Assembly (NCBI GenBank): GCA_963719515.1
Contig: CAVRCJ010000001.1
Coordinates: forward strand, 1-64,000
Length of the DNA: 64,000 nucleotides
Source of the DNA: an uncultured cyanobacterium
GTDB taxonomy: Bacteria; Cyanobacteriota; Cyanobacteriia; CAKZMO01
Direction of reading: 5' to 3'
The notes below the pieces were generated by a model that made no database searches, was not told where the DNA came from, and worked only from the letters and a program-made list of their open reading frames with translations. Both the position numbers and the translations under genes were made by a program. Shown here in pieces: positions 9,605 to 19,124 of the stretch; position 1 is the first letter of the stretch, and the number at the start of each line of letters is the position of its first letter.

Positions 9605-11284
9605 ATGGCAAATATCGTACTCTCTGGATTAGCTTTGCTAGGTCAGCAGGCAAGAGGGCGGCTACTGCAGCAGACCAAGCAGGCCGATCGCGTTCAAGCT
9701 CAGTTTCTGCGATCGCTCTTGGCCCACCATCAGGGCACGAGCTTTGGCCAGCAGCACCGGTTAAGCGAGCTGCAAACTGTTGATCAGTTTCGCCAGCGGC
9801 TGCCGGTGTCCCCCTACAGCGTCTTCGAGCCTTACATCGAGCGGATGGTGGCTGGGGAACCCAATATACTGACGACAGAATCGCCCATCTTCTTCAATCT
9901 CACCAGTGGCTCGACGGGCAAAAAAAAGATGATTCCGGTGACGGCCCGCTCCCGGCGAGCGCTCGCCAAGGCAAATCAAGCGGCAATCGGGTTTTTAGCA
10001 GAAGCGCTGCGCAGCCGAAAGCAGGCCCTCGGCAAGATGCTGTACGTCAACTCTGCTGTCCCCTTCGGCATCACCGACAGCGGTGTCCCCTACGGTCCGG
10101 TCAGCACCTCTGACCTGAGGCTGACGGGCCTCATCTATCGTCAGGTGTTTGCTTTTCCGTTCGAAGCGCTACAAATTTCAGATGGGGCAACCCGCACCAC
10201 GGTTTGCCTGCTATTTGCCCTGCGGCAGCGGCAGCTCGGGTCCATTAGCGCCACCTTTCCTATTTTGGCCCTCAGCCTAGCCCAGGCTCTCGAAGCTCAA
10301 GGCGATCGCCTCGTCTATGATCTCGCTCAAGAGCAGCTGTCGCCTGACCTCCCCTTGAGCTCCGAGCTGCGATCGCGGCTGCAGCGGCAGTGGCGGCCCT
10401 CCCCAGAGCGGGCGACAGAGCTGCGGCAGGTTCTGGCCTCTCACGGCACCCTTACCCCTCATCTCGCCTGGCCCGAGCTGAAGTTTATCGTCACGGCCCG
10501 AGGCGGCACCTCAAATTTTTACTTCGAGCAGTTCCCTGCTCACTTCGAGCAAACTCCAGTGTTTGGCGGCACCTACGCTTCTGCGGAGGCCACCTTCGGG
10601 GTACACCGTGATTTCAATACCGACAGCGTCATCTTGGCTCTGGAAAGCGGCTTTTTCGAGTTTATCCCTGAGGAGCAGTGGGACTCGGCTCAGCCTCAGA
10701 CCCTCTTGCCCTGGGAGGTCAAGGTGGGCGATCGCTACCGCATCGTGGTGACCAACTACAGCGGGTTCTACCGCTACGATTTGGGAGACGTGGTGGAAAT
10801 CGAGGGGTTTTGCAACCTGGCGCCGCGGTTTACCTTTCGTCATCGGCGGGGTGGCGTAATTTCGGCCTCAACGGAAAAGACGACGGAATTTCACGTCACC
10901 CAGACGATGCAGCGCCTGCAGCAAGAGTTCGGGGTGCAGCTACAAAATTTTTGCATTACCCTGTCCGAGGGCATTCCACCCCACTATTGGGTGAACGTTG
11001 AGCCCGTAGCGGGCCAAAAGCTGGCTAACCCCGCAGCGTTTTTGCAGCGCTTTGACGAAGTGCTGCACGACCTGCATACGTCATACGCCATAAAACGGGG
11101 TGCGAAGCTAGTCCCGCCGCCGCACCTGCGCATTCTTGCGGCAGGTGGCTTTGAGCAACTGCGCCAGCGCATGCTTGCCCGAGGGATTTCGGCAGGTCAA
11201 ATCAAGTTTCCCCTGGTGAGCAACGACAGGCAGTGGGTCGCGGGGCTCCCTGTAGAAAAGGAAGTTCAGCCCCGCGAAAGCTGA
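9605..11284 (+). CDS. GH3 family acyl-adenylate/amide synthetase
   Basis: TSGSTGKKKMIP, YASAE, FFEFIP, GFYRYDLGDVV. Confidence 0.9.
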   Translation: MANIVLSGLALLGQQARGRLLQQTKQADRVQAQFLRSLLAHHQGTSFGQQHRLSELQTVDQFRQRLPVSPYSVFEPYIERMVAGEPNILTTESPIFFNLTSGSTGKKKMIPVTARSRRALAKANQAAIGFLAEALRSRKQALGKMLYVNSAVPFGITDSGVPYGPVSTSDLRLTGLIYRQVFAFPFEALQISDGATRTTVCLLFALRQRQLGSISATFPILALSLAQALEAQGDRLVYDLAQEQLSPDLPLSSELRSRLQRQWRPSPERATELRQVLASHGTLTPHLAWPELKFIVTARGGTSNFYFEQFPAHFEQTPVFGGTYASAEATFGVHRDFNTDSVILALESGFFEFIPEEQWDSAQPQTLLPWEVKVGDRYRIVVTNYSGFYRYDLGDVVEIEGFCNLAPRFTFRHRRGGVISASTEKTTEFHVTQTMQRLQQEFGVQLQNFCITLSEGIPPHYWVNVEPVAGQKLANPAAFLQRFDEVLHDLHTSYAIKRGAKLVPPPHLRILAAGGFEQLRQRMLARGISAGQIKFPLVSNDRQWVAGLPVEKEVQPRES

Positions 11285-11291
11285 CCCAAGC

Positions 11292-11468
11292 TTAACGGAT
11301 GGTCTCTTGCTGAGGCGCTTTGGAAATCACCCAAACGGCGTGAATCAGGCCAGGGACGTAGCCCAGGACCGTCAGCAGCACGTTGATCCAAAATTGAGCC
11401 GTTAACCCAACCTGTAGGAAGACGCCGAGGGGGGGAATTATGGCGGGGATTAAACGTAGTAAACCCAT
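11292..11468 (-). CDS. YqaE/Pmp3 (UPF0057) small membrane protein, 58 aa (not in ORF track)
   Basis: Hand translation MGLLRLIPAIIPPLGVFLQVGLTAQFWINVLLTVLGYVPGLIHAVWVISKAPQQETIR; AGGAG upstream. Confidence 0.88.
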   Translation of the reverse strand: MGLLRLIPAIIPPLGVFLQVGLTAQFWINVLLTVLGYVPGLIHAVWVISKAPQQETIR

Positions 11469-12086
11469 TGTTGTCGCTAGCTCCTATCTGTATAAATGTG
11501 AAAGCGTATCGCCCCGGAAGAGTTGAAGGCTTTGGCCTTCTTTGCTCATTAGCCAAAAGCCACAAGCTTCTCGAGCGAAATTCTAAATCTTACCTCAATG
11601 ATGTCATTAGCCTATTTCTCCAAGCATCTGCCTTAAGGGTGAAGGACTTATGATACTGGGCAGATAGTCCAGAAACGTTAGAACAAGAAATACTAAAACA
11701 AGCCACTTTCTCTTTCTCAGCGTTTCATTATTTTTCTATTGAAATGTTAACTTGTGAGAAGTTCTTGAGGCTTGAGAAAGGGAGTTTCTGAGGCTTTGAT
11801 GAATGATTTTCATCAGCCACATTGAGCTCCAATATCATCCTTGTGAATATGGATTGAACGATCTGACTAGACCTAAGCTTAATCCAGCTTTTTCCGCCGA
11901 AAAGCCGCCGGTACCGCTGCCGCCTAAATTTGGGAAGGCGCTGCTGGAGGACCGATATCTTTCCGAAAACTTATTTTTTGGACTGACTCTCGATCCTCTA
12001 GTTAGAGAGAGCTTAGACAGGGGTCTAAGTCATCCGCTATGATTAGTGCCGAATGGGTCTGCCGCTGACCTCATATATCCATAACT

Positions 12087-13217
12087 ATGGCATCTCCCCC
12101 GATTCCAATTTGCATTATCTTGGGCACTCGCCCAGAAGCCATTAAACTTGCCCCAGTTATCCAGCTCTTTCGGCGATCGCCTGAATTTGACACTCAGGTC
12201 GTGCTAACGGGGCAACACAGAGAGATGGTGTCACAGGTGATGACGCTCTTCGACCTCAAAGCCGATATCGATTTGGAGATTATGCAGCGCCAGCAAACCC
12301 TTACCGACATCACCTGCCGCACCTTGCAGGGGCTTGAAGGTGTGTTTGAGCAGCGTCGGCCTCAGCTGGTTTTGGTGCAGGGCGATACGACAACGGCGTT
12401 TGCGGCGGCGCTAGCGGCCTTCTATCGCAAAATTCCGGTGGGCCATGTAGAGGCAGGCTTGCGCACAGACCAGCTCATGGACCCCTACCCTGAAGAGGCC
12501 AATCGGCGACTCGTGTCGCAGATCGCTCGGCTGCATTTTGCGCCTACTGAGCAGGCCGTAGAAAATCTGTATCGCTCTGGGGTTGCGGAGCAGGTTTATC
12601 AGACGGGCAACACCGTCATTGACGCGCTGCTGACGGTGGCCGATTGCCAACCCGTCTGCGATATTCCTGGGTTGGACTGGTCCCGCTACCGGGTGCTGCT
12701 GGCAACGGTTCATCGGCGCGAAAACTGGGGAGCCCCCCTAGAGGCGATCGCCAAAGGCTTTTTGCGCATCGTCGAAGCGCGAAGCGACGTGGCGCTGCTG
12801 CTGCCCCTGCACCGAAACCCGACGGTGCGGGATCCCCTGCAGGCAATTTTGGGCCAGCATCCCCGCATTTTTCTCACAGAGCCGCTGGACTATGCTGCTT
12901 TAGTGGGGGCGATTCAGCGATGTACCCTGCTGCTCACCGATTCAGGCGGTCTGCAGGAAGAAGCACCTAGCTTGGGCAAGCCCGTACTGGTGCTGCGGGA
13001 AACGACGGAGCGGGGGGAGGCCATTACTGCGGGGACGGCTAAGCTGATCGGCACCAGCGCGGAGCGAATTTTCAAAGAGACGCTAGAGCTGCTTCAGGAC
13101 GATGGCCTTTACAACCAGATGGCGACGGCCATCAATCCTTTTGGTGACGGTCAGTCGGCGCAGCGAATCTTGAAGCTGGTGAAGCAGTTTGTGAGTAGGG
13201 AAGGTATTGGCGATTAG
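12087..13217 (+). CDS. wecB: UDP-N-acetylglucosamine 2-epimerase (non-hydrolysing)
   Basis: GTRPEAIK, QGDT, HVEAGLRT, PEEANR, TDSGGLQEEA. Confidence 0.95.
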   Translation: MASPPIPICIILGTRPEAIKLAPVIQLFRRSPEFDTQVVLTGQHREMVSQVMTLFDLKADIDLEIMQRQQTLTDITCRTLQGLEGVFEQRRPQLVLVQGDTTTAFAAALAAFYRKIPVGHVEAGLRTDQLMDPYPEEANRRLVSQIARLHFAPTEQAVENLYRSGVAEQVYQTGNTVIDALLTVADCQPVCDIPGLDWSRYRVLLATVHRRENWGAPLEAIAKGFLRIVEARSDVALLLPLHRNPTVRDPLQAILGQHPRIFLTEPLDYAALVGAIQRCTLLLTDSGGLQEEAPSLGKPVLVLRETTERGEAITAGTAKLIGTSAERIFKETLELLQDDGLYNQMATAINPFGDGQSAQRILKLVKQFVSREGIGD

Positions 13218-13245
13218 CCTATCGCGCTAGCCTTTTGAATGGTCC

Positions 13246-13539
13246 CTAAGGGGTCTCCTCAGGCGGCAGTTCTACATCCGGTAGCGGCTGGTCTAGCAGC
13301 TCCTTTTTGGAGCGCTTGAGCGCTTTCCAGAGCGCTTTGATGCGCTTGTAGGCATCATCAGACGGAATCTTGCCGCCTGTCTCTAGGTTACAAATAATAG
13401 AAACCTGCTGGGCAAACTCCTGCAAGTTGGCATTGAACGTCAGCGTTTGAGGGGAGAACTCTCCACGATAGCGGCTGCGGGGAGAGAGAAAATTCTCTTT
13501 GGCGCGATTGCGCTCTTCAGACCGTTCTTCAGGAGACAT
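13246..13539 (-). CDS. Conserved cyanobacterial hypothetical protein
   Basis: FL.PRSRY.GEFSP..L.FNANLQEFAQ.VS.ICNLETGGKI motif. Confidence 0.75.
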   Translation of the reverse strand: MSPEERSEERNRAKENFLSPRSRYRGEFSPQTLTFNANLQEFAQQVSIICNLETGGKIPSDDAYKRIKALWKALKRSKKELLDQPLPDVELPPEETP

Positions 13540-13694
13540 TAGAGGATAACCTCACGACATTGGGATGTGGGGCAATAGCGTCGCTTAGTAAACGTCACTC
13601 ATAGGACACCCAGTTATTCATTGTAGGGGTTCATATCGGTTAAGCCCCCGCTTTTGCTCTTCCTAGCAAAACCGGTTTCACTTAGCTGATCGCG

Positions 13695-13978
13695 CTAGCT
13701 GATCGCGCTCAAAAGATTTCTCAAGGTGGCGATCGCTGCTTGAGGCGTTGCGGCCACAAAGGTCGATGACGGCGCAGGCCGTAGAGTTTTCAAGAATGCT
13801 AGGGTTGCCGCTGCTGGGGCTAGAAGCACCGTGGGCTTACCCTGCTTGAGGGCCAAAGCCAGCTCGGACAGTATGCCCAGCCCGCTTCAACGATGCCCGC
13901 CCCCAGCGAGTAGGCGCGATCGCAATCGACGGGAGTCGCCTCTCCGGGTCCCATGACGCCAACAATCTGACGACTCAT
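13695..13978 (-). pseudogene. TIGR00725 / LOG-family protein with large internal deletion and frameshift
   Basis: MSRQIVGVMGPGEATPVDCDRAYSLGAGIVEAGW joined out of frame at ~13878 to GILSELALALKQGKPTVLL...ATPQAAIATLRNLL; GGAG upstream. Confidence 0.75.
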
Positions 13979-14159
13979 GACTTCTCCACCAAGCTTTGTA
14001 GGCCTTGTGCTGAACCGCCGTCGCCGCTGCCGCCACGAGGGCGGCTTTGTCTTAGAAATTTCTCAGGAAAGTTCGCCACAAAGTACAGAGGCATGCGGCA
14101 AAATAGGTAACAGAAACTTGTTTCCTATCGTACTTTAAGGTTTGGCAGAGTATTGACAT

Positions 14160-15089
14160 ATGAGTAGGTCCACAGCTCGACGCCGCCAACAAACGCCGTG
14201 GCTCCATCGCCGATCACGCTACATCCTGGGAGCTATAGCTGCAGTAGGTGCCGTCCTCACCGGATATTTGACGGTGTCGAAGGCGCTGGGCGGTGACGCC
14301 GCCTGTCCGGTTGGCGGCTGTGACGTTGTTCTCTCGAGCCCCTACGCCAGCGTCTTTGGTCTGCCGCTGACGCTGTTCGGCTTTTTGGCCTACACCGCCA
14401 TGATGGTGCTGGCGCTGGCGCCCCTCGCCATCAAAGTAGACGACAATAAAGAGCTGAGAACCAGCCTGGAAGAATGGAGCTGGCTGCTGCTGTTCATGGG
14501 CGCTCTGGCGATGACCCTGTTCAGCGGCTACTTAATGTACGTGCTGACCGCCGATATTCAGGCGGCGTGTCCCTACTGTATTGTCTCCGCGCTCTCTAGC
14601 CTGAGCCTGCTGTTGGTAACGCTGCTGGGGCGCTACTGGGATGATATTGGACAGCTCGCCTTTACTGGGGTGCTGGTGGCTGTGGTAACGCTGGTGGGCA
14701 CGGGCATCGTCTACGCCGACGTCAATCAGCCCGGTGGCGATGCGGCGATCGCGGGCGAGGTGCCGCCGCCCATCGAGACGACCTCAGGTGAGTCGGAGAT
14801 TGCCCTAGCCCAGCACCTGAGCGCCGTTGGGGCCAAGAAATACAGCGCCTACTGGTGCCCCCACTGCCACGATCAGCAGCGCCTGTTCGGCAAGGAAGCC
14901 TTCGAATCCATCGACTACGTCGAGTGCGACCCTAAAGGCTACGACGCCAAGCCTCAGCTGTGCCAAGATGCGGGGGTTACGGGATTCCCCAGCTGGGAGA
15001 TTGACGGCGAGCTTTACTCAGGAACAATTCCCCTAGATCAGCTGGCGGATCTCTCGGGCTACACCGGGCCGCGAGACTTCAAAAACTAG
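14160..15089 (+). CDS. VKOR-thioredoxin fusion (thylakoid disulfide formation, DsbAB/LTO1-like)
   Basis: C..GCD.VL.SPYA, CPYC in membrane domain; AYWCPHC..VEC..C..GFPSW. Confidence 0.9.
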   Translation: MSRSTARRRQQTPWLHRRSRYILGAIAAVGAVLTGYLTVSKALGGDAACPVGGCDVVLSSPYASVFGLPLTLFGFLAYTAMMVLALAPLAIKVDDNKELRTSLEEWSWLLLFMGALAMTLFSGYLMYVLTADIQAACPYCIVSALSSLSLLLVTLLGRYWDDIGQLAFTGVLVAVVTLVGTGIVYADVNQPGGDAAIAGEVPPPIETTSGESEIALAQHLSAVGAKKYSAYWCPHCHDQQRLFGKEAFESIDYVECDPKGYDAKPQLCQDAGVTGFPSWEIDGELYSGTIPLDQLADLSGYTGPRDFKN

Positions 15090-15107
15090 CGCCACGGTTG
15101 CGAGTGG

Positions 15108-15223
15108 GTACGCGTTACGCTAATTGCCGGTATTTATGAGCCTCAGCGCTGCGGCGTCGCCCACTATACTGGCGGTTGCGCCAGCTGCACCAGCGCGGCG
15201 TACAGAGCCCCGTCCTCACGACC
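15108..15223 (+). pseudogene. N-terminal remnant of a GT4-like glycosyltransferase
   Basis: VRVTLIAGIYEPQRCGVAHYT, then in a shifted frame RLRQLHQRGVQSPVLTT; no start codon or continuation. Confidence 0.55.
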
Positions 15224-15369
15224 CAGCCTGCGGCCAGCAAGACGCCCTTCTCGGGTTCGCCCCAGGCCAAAGGCGGCGTCAAGCAGTGGGGCCCCTTCTC
15301 AACTAAGTTGAGGCGGCGATCGCGGCTATCCCTCTGAGAAAATTCTTTGTGATCCAGGCTTTAGGGCAG

Positions 15370-16434
15370 CTATGCCACGGCAGGCCGTAACATCTGAATC
15401 GAGCCACGCGCAGCGTCGATTGCCACCGCTGCCCCTATGGGGACGGTTAAAATCGGCTCCACATGACCGAGCAGTGCCCCTGACCAGGCGGGGATGCCCA
15501 GCGGCTGCAGATGGTCTCGCAGCACCTGCTCTAGGGTCAGTGAGCCGCCTTCGCTCAGGGAACAGCGGGTGCATTGCCCGAAGATAAACCCCGCTAAACC
15601 GTCTAAAGCCCCGGCAAGCTTGAGCTGGGTGATCATGCGGTCGATGCGGTAGACGCTCTCACCCACGTCTTCCAAAAACAAAATCGCGCCGCTGAGGCTG
15701 GGCAAGTAGGGCGACCCTGCAGTGCCGGCGATTACCGACAGGTTGCCGCCAATGAGCCGTCCCTGGGCCTGCCCTGGGGTGATCACCCGGCTTGGGGTGG
15801 GGCGCTGGCTCTCTAGGGTCGGTCTTTGATCATCGCCTGCGGGTAGTCCTGCATTGCTGATGGCAATCGCCTCCCCGTCAAACAGCACGCGCCGAAAAGG
15901 ACCGGTTTGACCAGGAAGCCAGGACGTTACCCCATGGGGGCCATGAAAGGTGACCAGCCCTGTCTGCGCGGTGATGCCCAGCAGCAGGGCCGTGATGTCG
16001 CTGAACCCCACAATGATTTTGGGATTTTGACGAATCATCGCGTAGTCGAGGTAGGGCAGAATGCGGGCGCTGCCCCAGTCGCCCCGAATCGGCATCAGCG
16101 CCTTAATAGAAGGATCGGCAAAAAACTGATTGACATCGGCAGCGCGATCGCGGTCCGTGCCTGCTAAGTAGCCGTAGCGATCGCGGACGTGGGGGCCAAA
16201 CCTGGGGACTAAGCCCAAGCCCTGAACGGCATTGACAGTGATGTCCAAATCTCGCTGACCCGACATCGCCCCGGCGGGACTGATGATACCGATGGCGTCG
16301 CCGGGCTGCAGACGGGGCGGCAGCAGCTCCCCTTTCACGGTAGGGGACTGTCCCCAAGCCGGCTGGCGATGAGCAAGGCTGCTCAAGAGCCCAGCGGCGG
16401 CTGCGGTAGACAGAAACCGGCGGCGCGATGTCAT
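15370..16434 (-). CDS. LD-carboxypeptidase (peptidase S66) with Tat signal
   Basis: SRRRFL leader; RGDWGS, GFSDIT, LIGGNL, FLED, LGH. Confidence 0.9.
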   Translation of the reverse strand: MTSRRRFLSTAAAAGLLSSLAHRQPAWGQSPTVKGELLPPRLQPGDAIGIISPAGAMSGQRDLDITVNAVQGLGLVPRFGPHVRDRYGYLAGTDRDRAADVNQFFADPSIKALMPIRGDWGSARILPYLDYAMIRQNPKIIVGFSDITALLLGITAQTGLVTFHGPHGVTSWLPGQTGPFRRVLFDGEAIAISNAGLPAGDDQRPTLESQRPTPSRVITPGQAQGRLIGGNLSVIAGTAGSPYLPSLSGAILFLEDVGESVYRIDRMITQLKLAGALDGLAGFIFGQCTRCSLSEGGSLTLEQVLRDHLQPLGIPAWSGALLGHVEPILTVPIGAAVAIDAARGSIQMLRPAVA

Positions 16435-16465
16435 AGTGATTTGGCGAGTGGGGAAGACGCTGCCA

Positions 16466-16714
16466 TTATCCACCGCTGACGGGGGGAATCAAAACCACCT
16501 CGTCCCCCTCCTGGAGCAGAGCGTCCGGCTCCACAAACTGGAGATTGACCCCGTAGCGCGTCTGCGATCGCCACTGCTCTAGCTCAGAGTGCTCAGCAAT
16601 TAAGCGATCTGAGATGGCCTGTACCGGCGTATGCTCCGGTAATTCCATCACTAGCTCAGAGCGCCCGTAAGCCTCTTGGTAGGCCGCAAATAGCTTGACG
16701 GTAATGGTGATCAT
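16466..16714 (-). CDS. moaD: Molybdopterin synthase sulfur carrier subunit
   Basis: VKLFA..; C-terminal PPVSGG; start placed at MITITV. Confidence 0.9.
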   Translation of the reverse strand: MITITVKLFAAYQEAYGRSELVMELPEHTPVQAISDRLIAEHSELEQWRSQTRYGVNLQFVEPDALLQEGDEVVLIPPVSGG

Positions 16715-16757
16715 AGGCCGCTGAAAATAGAAGTTCGAGGAAGCCGCGCGGGCAGCG

Positions 16758-16958
16758 TTAGCTCTCGCGCAGCACGACCCACCGACGGCAGGTCTGCAGG
16801 AGATGGGTGTAGTCCTTTTTCGTGGCCTCTTCGGTAAACCGACGAATGTCATTCTCTGGGCACCCGGCGATGCGAAGCTCGCGGCGAACCGTCGCTAGTA
16901 TGGCGTGAGCGCTGTATTTTTGAGCCGTGAGCTGAAGCGTAACGTCGTATTTGACCAT
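16758..16958 (-). CDS. Small hypothetical protein (66 aa)
   Basis: A.AIL..VRR.LR.AG....I..F.EEA...DY.HLLQTC..WV pattern resembles a recurrent small uncharacterised family. Confidence 0.6.
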   Translation of the reverse strand: MVKYDVTLQLTAQKYSAHAILATVRRELRIAGCPENDIRRFTEEATKKDYTHLLQTCRRWVVLRES

Positions 16959-17155
16959 CTTTAAGCGATTGACGACTTATCAGTCTGTGAAAGAGTTAGG
17001 GACTAGAACCAGATTTGTTGAGCAGCAATATCCACTAGATCTCTAGCTGCGGCTCCAATCTAATTGATAACGCCCTGGGTTGGCAACGGGGACGCAGCAC
17101 GGGAAAAGCGCTTTGGGCGATCGCTACTGGCCCGACGTCTACGGCTCTCACGGCG

Positions 17156-17620
17156 TCAACAACATTTCACCCAGCTGTGACTCCCGTCACAGTAGCACTC
17201 TTTCTTCCAGATCGGGGCGCTGTGCTTGAGCGTGTCGATGGCATACTGACAGGCCGCAAATGCCTCCCCTCGGTGGGGACAGCCCACCGCCACCAAAACG
17301 CTGATTTCCCCCACCGTCAGTTTCCCGGTGCGATGATGGACAACAACACAGGTGGTTTCAGGCCAGCGCTCTCGAATTTGCTCGGCGATCTGGCGAAACA
17401 CCTGCAGGGCCATAGGCTCGTAGGCTTGATAGTCCAAAGCCGCCACAGGCTTGCCGCCGGTTTGGTTGCGCACCATGCCGCTCATCACCACAACAGCTCC
17501 GTTGGCGGGGTCGTCTGCGGCCTCATAGACCGCCGCGATCGCCAGCGGAGCTGCCGTAATTACAAAGTGATCTCCGGGATGCTTGGGGGTAAGGGTAGGG
17601 GAGGAGAGGAGGCTAGTCAT
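17156..17620 (-). CDS. moaE: Molybdopterin synthase catalytic subunit
   Basis: GAVV..SG.VRN, HRTGKL.VGE, HRGEAF, LKHSAPIWKKE. Confidence 0.92.
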   Translation of the reverse strand: MTSLLSSPTLTPKHPGDHFVITAAPLAIAAVYEAADDPANGAVVVMSGMVRNQTGGKPVAALDYQAYEPMALQVFRQIAEQIRERWPETTCVVVHHRTGKLTVGEISVLVAVGCPHRGEAFAACQYAIDTLKHSAPIWKKECYCDGSHSWVKCC

Positions 17621-17693
17621 GGTGGATGTCCTGCAGGAGGGGCACAGGCTGTGCCCGTACAAAATCTATTTCCTGGTGCGGCAGCGCCGTCAT

Positions 17694-18710
17694 TTATAGT
17701 AGCTGATATTTCCAAACGGTGATGGCGGTGACCAGCCCTACCAGCAGCAGCAGCCAGCCTGTAAGCGCAATGCCTGTCGCCTTTTGCGCTTTGTCAGCGC
17801 TGCGCTCTTTCCTCGGCTCAACGTCCTGTACCCAAAGCACAATCACAGCAGCCAAGTTGAGGCACACCAAATTCGTCATGACGAGCAGCCCTGAGCCCAG
17901 AAGCCAGGACCACTGCCCCGAGCCAAGGAGCAGCCCAAACACCACCAAAGGTGGCAGCAGCGCCACGGAGACCATTACCCCCACAACGGCGCTGGTCTCT
18001 CCTGCAGTAAGTGCCAGTGAACCCGCCGCCCCCGACGCGAGGGCCAAGAGCACGTCCGTCAGCTGGACATCGGTGCGCATCGAGATCTCAGGGAGGCTGG
18101 GGTCAACCGGAAAGACGTAGCCGATTGCCGCCGAGAGGGCAACGGCGATACTGATTCCAAGGATGCCTGTACTTAAGGTCCGCAGCCCCAAGGATAGATC
18201 CCCCAGGGTGGTGGCAACGGCCAAGGCCATGTTGGGTTTGAGCAGCGGCGCGATTACCATCGCCCCAATGATTACGGTCTGACTATTTTGCAGAAGCCCC
18301 ACCGCCGCAATCAGCGTCGACAGCACCACCATGATGTTTTGCTGCCAAGAAACGCTGATGCTGTCGATGATGTCTAGGTAAAGCTCTTCTCGGTTGATGC
18401 GGGGCAGGATTTGCTGAGCTTCATTCTGCCGCGATCGCTTTTCCTGCGTTCGGGGTCCGAGCAGATCGGGGCGAGGAAGAACGGCCTCAACGGGCAGCAG
18501 CGTGAGGCGGAAGCCCGGACCCGAAAACTGCTCGTCCAACAAATCGATGATCAACTCTACATCTTTGCTGTACAGCAAGATTCTCACCCAGAGGAGCTGC
18601 TGCTCCAAAGGACCCTGCCACGTCCCCAAGCAGGGGTGGTTTTCCAGAAACTGATCTATGCCATGACGCTGGTGCTCAGGAACAACGATCTCAAGCAGTC
18701 GGATACTCAT
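17694..18710 (-). CDS. TIGR00341 / DUF389 membrane protein
   Basis: IIGAMVIAPLL, GVMVSVALLPP, several TM helices. Confidence 0.85.
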   Translation of the reverse strand: MSIRLLEIVVPEHQRHGIDQFLENHPCLGTWQGPLEQQLLWVRILLYSKDVELIIDLLDEQFSGPGFRLTLLPVEAVLPRPDLLGPRTQEKRSRQNEAQQILPRINREELYLDIIDSISVSWQQNIMVVLSTLIAAVGLLQNSQTVIIGAMVIAPLLKPNMALAVATTLGDLSLGLRTLSTGILGISIAVALSAAIGYVFPVDPSLPEISMRTDVQLTDVLLALASGAAGSLALTAGETSAVVGVMVSVALLPPLVVFGLLLGSGQWSWLLGSGLLVMTNLVCLNLAAVIVLWVQDVEPRKERSADKAQKATGIALTGWLLLLVGLVTAITVWKYQLL

Positions 18711-19124
18711 CGATAAACCTCGTCTGGGGAAAGTTAACTTTTCCCACCGGGGGGAACGCCATGCTCCAAAATGGTTTGGGGGTGGTTTAGCTCGTGTGGA
18801 TTGGCCCCACAGCAAGCTACCAGGAGCAAGCTATCAGAAGCGGGCCATCCACAGTCTGGATTTGTTAATTTTTTACAGCATTTGCCGATGGGCTCAGAAC
18901 CCGCTGCTTAGACTTGTGCTGACTCAACGCGCCTCCCTGCTAAATTTTCATCTAGGGCTGATACGACAGTATCTGGCTTGAACAGTGTTCGATATCATCA
19001 AGGCTGTACCGTAAATGCTGCACCGTAGGTGAGCCAGCCACGTTGGGTTACGCAGCAGGTGCCGCCGGTCTAACGTCTACAGTCCATACCACCGGTCTAC
19101 GATACCGGCCTACGCCATCGGTCT

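Noticed and set aside
16435..16852. Upstream extensions of the S66 peptidase and moaD ORFs
   Set aside because: They overlap neighbouring genes; Tat motif and MoaD length support starts at 16434 and 16714
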